A DNA stretch of 64,000 nt from Squalus acanthias (taxonomy: Eukaryota). Below are positions 38,892 to 50,730 of this stretch, one piece after another. Below the pieces are notes generated by a model that had not been told where the DNA came from, searched no databases, and worked only from the letters and a program-made list of their open reading frames with translations. Made by a program: the position numbers and the translations under genes. The stretch spans positions 32,738,001-32,802,000 of the forward strand of contig CM059432.1 in NCBI GenBank assembly GCA_030390025.1, given 5' to 3'. Within the stretch, counting starts at the first letter, position 1. Every line of letters starts with the position of its first letter.

Positions 38892-38990
38892 AATAAAAAC
38901 AGAAAATGCTGGAAATACTCAGCAGGTCAGGCAGCATCTGTGGAGAGAGAAACAGAGTTAACGTTTCAGGTCGATGACCCTTTGTCAGAG
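38892..38990 (-). mobile_element. Penelope-type terminal fragment with a degenerate hammerhead core
   Basis: Reverse complement CTGACAAAGGGTCATCGACCTGAAACGTTAACTCTG..CTGCTGAGTATTTCCAGCATTTTCTGTTTTTATT, homologous to 59745-59840. Confidence 0.75.
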
Positions 38991-39439
38991 GAATGATCAA
39001 AATAGTTTTGTCTGCATCCGAGGCATCCTACACAGGCCTGCCATTATCCAAGTATGTGGTTCCCAGAACTACTTGGGCATATCAGAGGAGATGTGCCTTT
39101 GCACCTACACTTCACCAGGGAAGCTCTTCTCGTCTGGATTGTTTGCTTGATGTGTCACCTTGTACAAGCAGAAAAGTAGTCTTGAAATTCTGGACACACA
39201 TGCAGGGTGACAGACATGTGCCCAAACTGCAAGCCAACCTGTTTGTCAGTAAGTGACTGCATAATTCCAGCTGGTAGTGTTACAATGACTTGAGGTATGA
39301 TGTCCTTGGAAAGCATGAGTGTAGCCAAGCACTCAATTGTATGTTGCATCTTGAAGGTTAACAGATAACACTTTGTGCCATAGAATTTTGGGCCATCTAC
39401 CTGATAAATGGTACTATTGGGTAGGCTTAGCTTGCAAGA

Positions 39440-39660
39440 TTTCATAAAGTATATTAAACTGTGCCATCTTCTTTGTATTTGTTCCCAGGTCTGCAAGCAC
39501 TGTACACAGTGTTGAACCTGGTCAGCACCTGCTACCAGGAATAGTGTACTGCTGTCCACAGAGGAGGGGGTCCTAAAGTGCCATACAGGGCAACCTTTCT
39601 TGCACCCACCTCACGCATCAACACGTCCATTTTCCCAGGATCAAACAACAGTTTCGGATA
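39440..39660 (-). pseudogene. Degenerate Myb/SANT-like DNA-binding ORF of PIF/Harbinger type
   Basis: LFDPGKMDVLMREVGARKVALYG...YSW*QVLTRFNTV, then a frameshift, then QTWEQIQRRWHSL. Confidence 0.6.
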
Positions 39661-40021
39661 CTGTACCATGTTAGAAATAGGGTATCCAAAATATATGGGG
39701 TTATGCAAATAATACTGTGCTAAGATGATTGTATTAGAACTTGAGACAAAAAGTCTCTTCAAACTAGTATTAGAATAACTGGATAGATGCTTAGAATTTG
39801 CTTATGTTTTGGTTCCCTGCAGTTGTTATAATATTCTGCACCGTGGCGGTGACCTTGTTTCCAGACTAGCTGTCTGCTGTGTGTGTGCTAGAAAGGTTGT
39901 TGACTGTATCTTTGATTTGGCCAACCAAGGCCCAACGCCTATGTTTCTTCCATTATAATGCTAAGTTAGGATTTTGACTTTGTTTAACAAAGCTGATTTA
40001 AAATGCGTTAAGTTAATTCAG

Positions 40022-40607
40022 TGTAACGACATAGTATAGAAGATATCTTTGGGAATTTAATGATTCATTCCATGGTACAATAGTTGCATGAACAGCATGA
40101 ACATAAATAACTGATAACAAGCAGTTACAAACATCTGATGGCCAAGAATGGCATGTCTGACTCCAAACTATGGAGGATAGGGACATGGGAGATAAGAGAA
40201 ATTCCGATGGGTAGGCCTTCAAAACGTATAAACAATAAAGCATGTGTAATGATTGTGAAGACCCCTCCTGGAGGGAGAATCTGCCATTGGGCACCTTGGT
40301 TTAGGAAGAACCCCTACAGGTCAGATAGCCCTGTCCATATCCTACTTTAGGCCCACCCCTAAAAAGAGAATAAAAGAATGATCTAAAGAGCCTTTAACAC
40401 AGACGGTGAAGGGAAGAGCTGTTCGCGCACGCCAACCGTCTATCCGATCGGGTCTGGTACCAGCTGCTTGTCACGGTCGTATGTTTTTGCTGTATAACTA
40501 GTGTGTTATTTTCCATCTTAAACTCTGATTAAACACAATATTTCCACCATATTGGTTTTCAGTCGATCCTGATTATTTGAAAGACTAGAGATAAGCTAAT
40601 ATCAACA
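40022..40607 (+). mobile_element. LTR-like element (solo or 5' LTR)
   Basis: TGT...ACA termini, about 586 bp, A-rich TATA-like site near 40368, CpG-rich segment, ATTAAA at 40528, followed by AATTGG; no clear TSD. Confidence 0.4.
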
Positions 40608-42569
40608 AATTGGCTAATCTAACAACTACTTCATCAGTTTCCCACAGAATCTATTTTGTGCATCCACATTAGGTTTCTTTTCACCTCACTTTTGACTGGC
40701 ACTTCCTTGCCTCCCTCCCAGCCTTGGAAAAAACTGACAAATATTTAAAATGCATGCTGAAGCTTTATAAAAGCTGAAACAATATTTATCCCCATTTGCA
40801 GCCTTTACCTTTAACAGCGCACATCCTTGTAAATTTGAGCTGCTGGTTAGGTTTTGTGTATTCCACATTAGGCTAGCTCCCTGCACAAGACCAAAGCAGC
40901 ACAGGCAGCCATGAATAATCAAATGAGTTGATTCCATAAAAGTGCCGAGAGTCACTCACTGAAATATCACCTAGCTTTGTAGCAGCATCGAGGCACAAAA
41001 ACCTAAATATAACCTAGATTGTAAAATCAGTTATATAATCTCATCTCAAAATCTAGATAATTTATTATAAATTGTTTGTGTCATTATCTGAATCCTTCTT
41101 AAAACAACAATGGATTTGCTCTCAGCCTCTCAGGTATCCATTACTCATTATAGAAACCACCTGGATTGCTCAATGAAATTACTATGTTGAACTCACTCAC
41201 TATCCATTATTTATTATACAAATAGAGCGATTATTATTCATCAACCTATTCAATAAAATGGAGGGGGGGCACAAACAGAAAGATCTGTTCCCAAGCACAA
41301 GCATTAGTAACCCTGATAAAAGTTTAATGTACCTAGTGACCCGTGCACACTTTTTGTATGTTTCAGTTAATTATTTATGAATGTCCACTGTATTAGATTA
41401 ACTGTTTAGGAGCACACATACAATAATTATATCAAGGTTTTAATGAAGGTTACTCAGAAGTGAATAAAAAGCTTGAAGGAAAGATATAGCCACAACAAAA
41501 TTAGCATTAACAAAATGGGCTATTCATTACAATGTTGAGTGCTCTGAGGCAGAATGGGAGGAATAAATGCTGAATAGGTCTCATTTTAAGATTCACTGGA
41601 TCATGTGACTAATCTACACAAAGTAGTCTTGTTTTGTGAAATGGCAGATGGTCGTGTAACCCAGTTTCAGCAAAGGAGCTGGAAGGAAACAAAGGGGTTA
41701 TATTAAAATGCTAAACTATTCACACATTTTCTTTGCACAAGCAGCTTAAAACACCCTCCTAACCATATTCAATTAACACTGAACATTTTGTGTATTTCAA
41801 CTTAGGCTCGGTGGAACCCAGATGGAAAAGAAAATGCACCAGAGAAATAACTGAATAATTTTACATATTTTTGAAATATAGTGTAGACTGCATTAGCAAA
41901 AAAACTAGGTTGGAAAATGACCATGCCATTAGGCAGATGGAGGACATATGTCAGAACGTGGTGGAATTACAGAAAGTAGAAAACATATTTTCCTGAAAGA
42001 ATCTCAACTCTGTACTACTGCAGCAATCCCAAATTGTTTGTTTATATACTGTGATTGGGATCTCCTATGTATACAATGAATGCAGGTTATAGTAACTGTA
42101 CAAAAGATGGCAGCAGATACTAAGTTATTTCAAGTTTCAGGGTCTTCCTTTTCATAGACAATTCTTAGAATCACAGTTAGCTGAAGAGACTCCTCTTGTT
42201 CAGTGCCTGTTGAGAGGCACTAGAAGTTGGCTTTTAAAATGGCTCTTAAAAACAATCTAGCGGTCAGGGAATACATTATTCAGAAGGGCACTCATGGCTG
42301 TTAAAACAACATTTTCTGAGAGATGCACTTATAGACAGTGAAATAAAAGGTAAATTGGTTTATTGATCGGCTCAAATTTCCAAAGAATCAATCAGGACTT
42401 TTGTGTGATCAACACTTTGTGCCTGATGGGCACACCTCAAAATTTTTGCACAAATAAATACAGCTTTCTCTAGCATAACCAATGGAAATTTTCCAACATT
42501 GCTTTAAAAAAGTCATTAAAATCATGCTAGGTTACAAGTCAGTTTGGCAGTCTCTGGTCGATTCATGCA

Positions 42570-42910
42570 ATATTCCTGGCCTTGAGCAAATAATCTAAGT
42601 TGACACTATAATGCAACATTGTGGACTGTTCCATTGTCAGAGATGTCATACTTTGGAGGAGATGTTAAACACCATGTCTCTCTGTTAAGGTGGATGTTAA
42701 CGATTTGGCTGATACTATTTCAAGAAGAGCAGGTGCTCTGGCCTCGATCAATATCACTAGAAACATATTAACCTTAGTGGCCTTATCCTCTTTTGGGGAT
42801 TTTGTGATGTGCAAAACATTCCTTACATAACGAGTCACTGCACATCAATGTAATTCTTTATATATAACCAGTTTAACACATTTCTGAGAGATGCGAGAAG
42901 GCAAGTCATT
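42570..42910 (+). mobile_element. Highly degraded Deu-SINE
   Basis: CTTGAGCAAATAATCTAAGTTGACAC..GAGATGTTAAAC..GGTGGATGT..CTATTTCAAGAAGAGCAGG. Confidence 0.6.
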
Positions 42911-43989
42911 CTTTCAAGCACTATAATTTGATTGCCTTCAGCTAGTCATTCCTTCATGTGTTTGCACTTCAAGCAAGGTAATCTGAGTAACTGTGAGCAA
43001 CCTTACAAGAACTCAATTGTTAAAGACAGTACACCAATTTGGTTTCAGCAGGCAAGTTTACACTGTGAAGATCTGAAACAACAATGCAAAACAGCTTTAA
43101 AAGCTTAGGTAATCAGACACAGTTCAGTAACTACAGAGATTTAGGAATATATAGTTGGATATTTAAAGCCAAAAATTCATCCACTGTTTCGCTCATGAGG
43201 CATAATAATTCATATTTTGTAAATGGACATATAGCAAAACACTTTGAATTGTCCAACTCTTTGTGGACTTCCCCAAAGGCTAAATCATCATCATGCTTCA
43301 CATCAGCTGACAGAAATGTTTTAAGAGTATGGGATAAGTCACCATTCACATTTCATTCCCAAGACAGCCGAGTGCACCACTGTTGCAAAGCTCTCCATTT
43401 AGCAATTTAGCAAACAGCTGGTAAAATCTGGGTCCACGAAGCAAGAGCTTAGCACAAGGCTCAACAGTTTTATAAGAACCATATAAACAGTAAGACACGG
43501 TGGTTACATAACTATGCAAGCATAAATTCTGAAGCTGTATACCATGATTAATCATTTTTGTCAAATGTGGCATCAGTGAAAATTGGGGACATTTTATTTA
43601 ACTCCCTTCAAAAGATTTTATGTCAAGTTCCTACGAGTCCAGGCAGGAATTAGGGCTAGGCCTTCTAAATATGATTTCTGGTGCCCTGCCAAGTCATTTG
43701 ATTATTTCTCCTTCAAAATATTTCAGACTTGCAGCAAACGTGACTAAAAGTAGGGCTTTCAGGTATTGAAAAGAGTAATCAGATCTCGTAAGCTTAAAAT
43801 TTGGTTAAACAGCATATGGTTCAACTTCATCTTCTGAATCGCTGCATTTAAAAATAAACTTTCTTAATCTGATTTAATACATTTTTCATTTCAAGTACAA
43901 AAAATGCAATTCAAATAAAATATCAGCAATTAAACCTGAAGATAACTCAACAACAAACAGCTAAACTACCTTCAGGCTTGCCTTTTCAA

Positions 43990-44513
43990 ATGCTCTCTGA
44001 AAGGCCTTACTGGCTCTACCCTGTACAAACTTTAACATGTCCAAAGCACAGTTGCTCACACCCTATCCCATACTAAGTTGCATCTGCCTATCACCCATGT
44101 CGTTTTTGATTTCCATTGGTTTCCTGTCCGTCATCACATTTGTTTCAAAATCCACGTCCTTTGTCGCAAATCCATAAGGGGCCTTGCCTCATGCTACCAC
44201 CTGCAATGTCATCCAGCCCTACGTCCCAGCAGTCCACACCTTCTGCTCATCTGGCTCTGGTCTGCTTTGAGTTCGCCCTCCTTCCACCATCAAAAGCTGA
44301 GCCTTCAGGTGTTACGTCCTGCACTGGAATTCTCTCCCTCGATGCATTCCATCTTGCTACACCCCACCTCACCTTCAAAAGTCTCCTGAGGGCTCTTTCT
44401 TTGACCATGCTTTCGGTCACCTCTGCCAACTAGGTTATAACTCTTTCCTACCTGTAAAGCATGGGAAGTTTTGATACTTTCAAGTCACCAAATAAGGTTA
44501 AGTTGTTGTTGTT
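43990..44513 (+). mobile_element. Degraded L2 3' fragment ending about 45 bp from the SCAP donor
   Basis: PITHVVFDFHWFPV..ICFKI motif; (TTG)n tail at 44501-44513. Confidence 0.75.
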
Positions 44514-44558
44514 GCTGGTGGCTAGTCAAAGTTTATACTGATGCAATTTGCTACTTAC

Positions 44559-44680
44559 CAGCATGTTAAGATGCACACAGCAGTAAAAAAGATAATGGGA
44601 ATGGGGTAAGATGCACACAAGAGCCCGTGGTTATAGAACGCCTGCGATATCTTTTCACGCAGCCTTTCAGTAAGGGTCAT
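44559..44680 (-). CDS. SCAP: SREBP cleavage-activating protein, first coding exon (122 nt, ends in phase 2)
   Basis: Reverse complement translates to [40 protein letters not shown](C), near-identical to the vertebrate SCAP N-terminus as I recall it (human [41 protein letters not shown]). The ATG has A at -3 (ACAACGATGA). A canonical donor CTG|GTAAGT follows 44559. Confidence 0.97.
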
Positions 44681-44695
44681 CGTTGTCACCTTTTG

Positions 44696-44710
44696 TCACA
44701 TGACTGCCAT
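44696..44710 (-). promoter_or_regulatory. uORF2 in SCAP 5' UTR (MAVM*), ending 15 nt before the main ATG
   Basis: GTA ATG GCA GTC ATG TGA; strong Kozak context (G at -3, G at +4). Confidence 0.65.
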
Positions 44711-44727
44711 TACTTAATCAGATTCAG

Positions 44728-44760
44728 TCACACAGAGTTCCAGGGTGGCCTTGGCAGCAT
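44728..44760 (-). promoter_or_regulatory. uORF1 in SCAP 5' UTR (MLPRPPWNSV*)
   Basis: ATG CTG CCA AGG CCA CCC TGG AAC TCT GTG TGA read directly inside the inferred exon. Confidence 0.6.
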
Positions 44761-45184
44761 CAATATATCTGTAAGAAAAAGTGTAGAAGTCAAATATTTG
44801 CATTGGTTCTGACTGAAACATGTAGTATTTTTAAAGTCTGGATTATTTTTCAATGATCTCCAAAACTTGCTTGTCACATATTTTGTTGTTCATTCACTAG
44901 GTTTCACATGTTCAACACGCTACTAAAGTTATCATTCCATGAGGACATCACAACTTGAACCATTACTTTGGAAATGGTTTCACCTTTCTGTGTGAGACGC
45001 TTTCTGGAAATATTGACAGACTCCTGGATACCCACCATCCTAATTTTCAAAAGATATCTTAGTGAAAACAGTGCTATCATGACAGAAATTTGGTTTTAAT
45101 GGTATACAGCAAAATAAATAATGAGCATGTAAATAAACAAATAAGAAAGAGAGCACGAAAGCAAGCAAGCAAAGAGAGAAAAGA

Positions 45185-47655
45185 AAGACGCATTTCTTTA
45201 CTACCTCAGAATATCCCAAAATACCTCACTGCCAATGAAGTACTTTTGAAGTGAAGTCACTGTTGTAATAATGTAGGGAAACACTGCAGGCAATTTATGC
45301 ATAGCGAGGGCAGCGGCGAGAGCGGACCTGGTCGGGGACGGAGCAGAGCCAGGGGAATAAAGAGGAAAAAAAAATCAAGGAGTGACATCACAGGGCAGCA
45401 GGTCGGTGATTGGTTGGTGAGTACTACAGTTTTTTTTAGTTTCTAGGCTAGCTAAGAAACTATAAATTGCTATAACTTTATTTTATTAAATTAGTAACTA
45501 AAACTAGATAAACCAATTAAGTAATAAAACTAAAATAATTGATTTAAAAAAATGAATTAACTAATCAAATAAATAAAGAAGGTTAGATAGATATGGCAGG
45601 GCAGGTGGTGTGCCGGAACTGCAGCATGTGGGAGGTTGTGGAGACCAGCGAGATCCCGAGCAACCACATCTGTGTTAAGTGTCTGCAGCTCCAGGAACTT
45701 CGACTCAATTGTTGAGCCGGAGTACGAGGTACAGACATTACGGGGCATCAGGGAGGGGGAGAGTTACCTAGACACTTGTTTCCAGGAGGTAGTCACACCC
45801 CTTAGGTTAAGTAGTACTTTAGAGTTCATCAATGGTCAGGGACAGGAGGATGTGACTGCGAGTCAGGAAGGTATGGGGACCCAGGACGTAGTGATGGTGG
45901 AGCCTCAGCCCTCGACTTTGACCAACAGCTTTGAAATACTTGCTAGCTGTGGGGATGAGAACAAGGACTGCAGGGTGGATAAGCAAACTGACCACAGCAC
46001 TATGGTACAGGAGGCCATTCAAGTGGGGGGAGTGAAATATAATGTGATAGGATTGGGCAGCGTCAACAGAGATTTATGAAAGGGAAATCGTGTTTGACAA
46101 ATCTGTTAGAGTTTTTTGAGGTTGTAACTAGCAGAATAGATAAGGGGCATCAGTGGATGTGGTGTATTTGGATTTTCAGAAGGCATTCGATAAGGTGCCA
46201 CACAAGAGGTCATTTAACAAAATTAGGGCTCATTGGATTGGGGGTAATATATTAGCATGGATTGAGGATTGATTAACGGACAGAAAACAGAGTAGGAATA
46301 AACGAGTCATTTTCGGGCTGGCAGGCTGCAACTAGTGGGGTACCTCAAGGATCAGTGCTTGGGCCTCAGCTATTCACAATCTACATCAATGATTTGGATG
46401 AGGGGACCAAATGCAATATATCCAAGTTTGCTAGGTGGCAATGTAAGTTGTGAGGAGGATGCAAAGAGGCTTCAAGGGGATATAGACAGGCAAAGTGAGT
46501 GGGCAAGAACATGGCAAATGCAATATAATGTGGAGAAATGTGAAGTTATCCACTTTGGTAGGAAAAATAGAAAAGCAGAGTATTTTTTAAATGGCGAGAG
46601 ATTGGGAAATGTTGGTGTTCAGAGGGACCTGGGTATCCTTGTACATCACTGAAAGTTAACGTGCAGGTACAGCAAGCAATTAGGAAAGCAAATGGTATGT
46701 TGGCCTTTATTACAAGAGGATTTGAGTATAAGAGTAAAGACGTCTTACTGCAATTATATAGGGCCCTGGTGAGATCACACCTGGAGTATTGTGTACAGAT
46801 TTGGTCTCCTTACCCAAGGAAGGATATACTTGCCATAGAGGGAGTGCAACGAAGGTTCACCAGACTGATTCCTGAGATGGGGGGGATTGTCATGTCAGGA
46901 CAGATCGAGTAGACTTGGCCTGTATTCTCTAGAGTTTAGAAGAATGAGAGGTGATCTCATTGAAACATACAAAATTCTTAAGGGGCTTGGCAGGGTAGAT
47001 GCAGGGAGGATGTTTCCCCTGGTTGGGGAGTCTAGAACCAGGGGTCACAGTCTCAGAATAAGGGTTCGGCCATTTAGGACTGAGATGAGGAGAATTTTCT
47101 TCACTCAGAGTGTGGTGAATCTTTGGAATTCTCTACCCCAGAGGGCTGTGGAGGCTTAGTCGTTGAGTATATTGAAGACAAAGATCGATACATTTTTTGA
47201 TATTAAGGGAATCAAAGGATATGGGGATAGTGCAGGAAAGTGGAGTTGAGGTGGATGATCAGTCATTATCTTATTAAATGGCGGAACAGGCTCGAGGGGC
47301 CGAATGACCTACTGCAGCTCCTATTTCCTATGTTCTTGAGGTCCCAGAAACAGCTATGAGATTAATGACCCGATAATCTGTTTTAGTGATGTTGGTTGAG
47401 GGTTAAATATTGGCCAGGGAACCGGGCGAACTCCCCTGGCTCAGTTTTGAATAGTGCCATGTGATCTTTTACACCCACCCAAGATGGTAGACAGTGTCTC
47501 GATTCAGCATCTCATCCAAAAGACGGCACCAGTGCAGTACTCCCTCTGCTACACTGAAATGTCAGCCTAGATTATGTACTCATGTCTCTGGAGTGGGGCT
47601 TGAACCCACAACCTTCTGACTCAGAGGCAAGAGTGCTGCCGCTGAACAAAGGCCA
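45185..47655 (-). mobile_element. Deu-SINE split by a CR1 insertion (pieces 45185-45305 and 47339-47655)
   Basis: Tail half before the CR1, body and tRNA head after it; collinear with the 14911-15359 copy. Confidence 0.8.
45306..47338 (+). mobile_element. CR1 with both termini but a large internal deletion
   Basis: 5' UTR and ORF1 ATG at 45593 (MAGQVVCRNCSMWE..HICVKC) jump at about 46050 into the RT region; tail at 47338. Confidence 0.9.
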
Positions 47656-47939
47656 CTGAAAAAATACAGGAAAAAAAATTGATTTCTCGAGATACTTCGT
47701 GGCACAGACATCTCATGGACTCAATATTCGCTCACAAGCTACCTAGGCTCCACGAACCCCAGGTGTAATCCCATTCATTAAGGGATGGACAACTGATAAC
47801 AGAATACTATTTTTCATATGGGTTTAGTGACTGTGAGGAAACAAACAAACTTGGCTTTATAATGATAAAAACAAAAATGCACAGATCAGCAAACATCTGA
47901 AAGAGAGATTGGTTAACATTTCAAACATTAGTTTTATGT

Positions 47940-49452
47940 AGAATCATAGAATAGTACAGTACAGAAGGAGTCTGCACCGGCTCTTTCGAAGAGCAATCCA
48001 GTTAGTCCCACTCCCCTGCTCTTTCCCCATATAATTTTTTCTCCTTCAAGTATTTATCCAATTCCCTTTTGAAGGCTACTATTGAATCTGTATCCATCAC
48101 CCTATCAGGCATCATTCCAAATCCTAACCACTCATTGTGTATAAATGTTTTTCCTCATGTCATCTTTGGTTCTTTTGTCAATCACCTTAAGTGTGTGCCC
48201 TCTGGTTATCGACCCCTTCAGCCATTGGAAACAGTTTCTCTTTATTTACACTATCTAAATCCTTCACTATTTTAAACACCTCTGTTAAATCTCCTCTTAG
48301 TTTTCACTGCTCCAAGGAGAACAACCCCAGCTTCTCCAGTCTATTCACGTAACTGTAATCCCTCATCCCTGGAACCATTCTAGTAAATCTCTTCTGTACC
48401 CTCTCCAAAGCCTTCACGTCCTTCCTACAGTGTGGTGCTCAGAATTGGACACAATACTCCAGTCGAACTAGTCTTTTATATAGGTTTAGCATAACTTCCT
48501 GGCTTTTGTACTCTGTGCCTCTATTTAGAAAACTCAGGATCCCGTATGCTTTATTAACTGCTTTGTTAACCTGTCCTGCCATCTTCAAAGATTTGTGCAT
48601 AAACACCCCCAGGTCTCTCTATTCTTGCAGCCCCTTTAAAATTGTACCATTTAGCTTGTATTGCCTCTCCTCATTCTTCCTACCAAAATGTATCACCTCA
48701 CACTTTTCTGGCATGTATCTGCCCATTCAACCAGTCTATGTCTTCTTGAAGTCTATTATTAATCTTCCTCACTGTTTACTACACTTCCAAGTTTTGTGTC
48801 ATCTGTAAATTTCGAAATTGTGCCCTGCACCCCCAAGTCCAAGTCATTAATGTACATCAAAAAAAGCAGCGGTCCCAGTACTGAACCCTTGGGAACACTA
48901 CTGTATAACTCCCTCCAGTCCGAAAAACAGATGTTCACCACAACTCTCTATTCTATCCCTTAGCCAATATTGTATCCATGCCGCTATTGTCCCATGGGCT
49001 TCAATTTTGTTAACAAGACTAATATGCGATACTTTATCAAAAGCCTTTTGAAAGTCCATATACACAACAGCAACTGCACTGCTCTGTTACCTCATCAAAA
49101 AACTCAAACAAGTAAGTCAAATGCGATTTGCCCGTAACAAATCTGTGCAGGCTCTCCTTTATTAGTTCATGCTTGTCCAAGTGGCTGTTAATTTTCTCTA
49201 AGATTATTGTTTGCAAAAGCTTCCCCACCACTGATGTTAAACTGACTGGCCTGTAATTGCCAGATTTATTCTTCTCCCCTTTTTTGAACAAGAGTGTAAC
49301 ATTTGCAATCCTCCAGTCCTCTGGCAGCACCCCTGTATCTAAGGAGGATTGGAAAATTGTGGCCAGCACCTCCGCAATTTTCTACCCTTACTTCCCTCAG
49401 CAACCTAGGATGCATCCCATCCGGACCAGGTGACTTATCCACTTTGTGTACT
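47940..49452 (-). mobile_element. CR1 RT and 3' fragment
   Basis: DKSPGPDG, NYRPVSLTS, GSVLGPLLF, FTDDTKL; (ATTCTATG) tail. Confidence 0.9.
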
Positions 49453-49469
49453 GGAATCAACACCTTTTT

Positions 49470-49960
49470 TTGTTTAACTATGTAATTTGCGACTGACAAA
49501 TTGGTGGGTGTACAGAGGAGGACTGCGACAAAATACAGGAAGCCATGCAGAATGGGAGTATTTTGGCAAATGAACTTCAATATAGATAAGTGTAAGGTGG
49601 TATATTTTGGTAGGAAGAATAAGGAGGCCACATACTCCTTGGAAAATAAATGTCTAAATGGGATAGAGGAACAGAGGGATCTGGGGATACAGATACACAA
49701 ATCACTAAAAGTAGCGATGCAGGTTAATAAGGCCATAAAAAAGGAAAATAAAGCACCGGGGTTCATTTCTAGAGGGATAGAATTGAAAAGCAGAGAAGTT
49801 ATGCTAAACTTATATAGAACCTTGGTTAGACAACACTTCGAGTACTGTAAACAGTTCTGGTCTCCATATTATAAAAAGGATTGGAGAAGGTGCAAAATAG
49901 ATTTACTAGAATGATACCAGAACTGAGGGGTTATAACAGGCTGGAGCTCTTTTCATATGA
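49470..49960 (+). mobile_element. CR1 RT C-terminal fragment
   Basis: WQMNFNIDKCKV, RDLGIQI, LYRTLVR. Confidence 0.85.
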
Positions 49961-50099
49961 TTTTAGCCTGGTTTTCATTGGATCGATCGAATAATTAAGA
50001 GAATGACACTAAGAACATGCAGGAATTTTAACCTAAAAAACAAGTGGGTTGGGGGTGTCTGGGTAGTGTAGTAGTTTCAATCCCACTGAGATAGAGAAC

Positions 50100-50730
50100 A
50101 GAGGAAAGGCACTGGAGCAGAATGATGTGGTTAACCATGTCAAAGGCTCCAGGAGAGGTTGAGGAGAACAAGGGGGTAAAATGCACCGTGTTCACAACCA
50201 CAAAGGATGTAATTTGTGACTTTAGTTATTAAGGCTGTTTCGGTGCTGTGACAGGAACAGAAATCTGAGAGAGATGTAAATGGAGTTACGGGGAAGATGG
50301 GTACAGATTTGGGAGGCTACAACAGGTTCAAGGATGTTGGAGAGGAAAGTATGATTGGAGCTAGGACAGTAGGTTGCAAGGACAAAGGGGTCAAGGGTGG
50401 AATTTTTGAGAAAGTGGTTCATAAAAGGGAGGGACAGTACTTAAGAGAGGTAACCAATGTCAGCTGGCATGGGTTCTAGGAAGGAAAGTTAGGTAGCCAG
50501 CAGTTTAATGAGAATGGAGTCAAAGGAGCAGGAAGTGGGTCTCATGATGAGCTCAGAGAGGTCGACAGGCGAAAACCAGAGAAAGACGTGGGTTTAGGGC
50601 TATGGCAGCGGAGAACCTTGGGGGAGGTTTAGCTTGGTAAGCAAGGGTAAGGGGAAAATCAGCAGAGGAAGCTGAACAGATTGCATCAATCGTAGTGACA
50701 AAGAAGTTCAGCAGTTCCTCGAACTTGTTA
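50100..50730 (-). mobile_element. Degraded L2 RT fragment
   Basis: LKNSTLDP..YCPSSNHTFLSNILE; HSTETAL-like and AFD-like motifs. Confidence 0.7.

Larger units (their letters stand above)
44681..44768 (-). other. SCAP: SCAP 5' UTR part of the first coding exon (88 nt)
   Basis: Polypyrimidine tract and acceptor CTTCTACACTTTTTCTTACAG| immediately before 44768; contiguous with the ATG at 44680. Confidence 0.85.

Noticed and set aside
43084..43573. Protein-like short ORFs (e.g. 43131-43349, MNGDLSHTLKTFLSADVKHDDDLAF..) as further exons
   Set aside because: No resemblance to SCAP or any family I recognise, and no convincing splice-site pair
44714..44767. Open frame YIDAAKATLELCVTESD* at the start of the SCAP exon as the end of an upstream coding gene
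   Set aside because: Short, no initiating exon visible and no recognised homolog; it could still end a uORF begun in an unseen first exon
49440..49500. Head-to-head CR1 junction as a twin-priming inversion
   Set aside because: The two pieces cover overlapping RT regions and differ in sequence, so they are separate insertions
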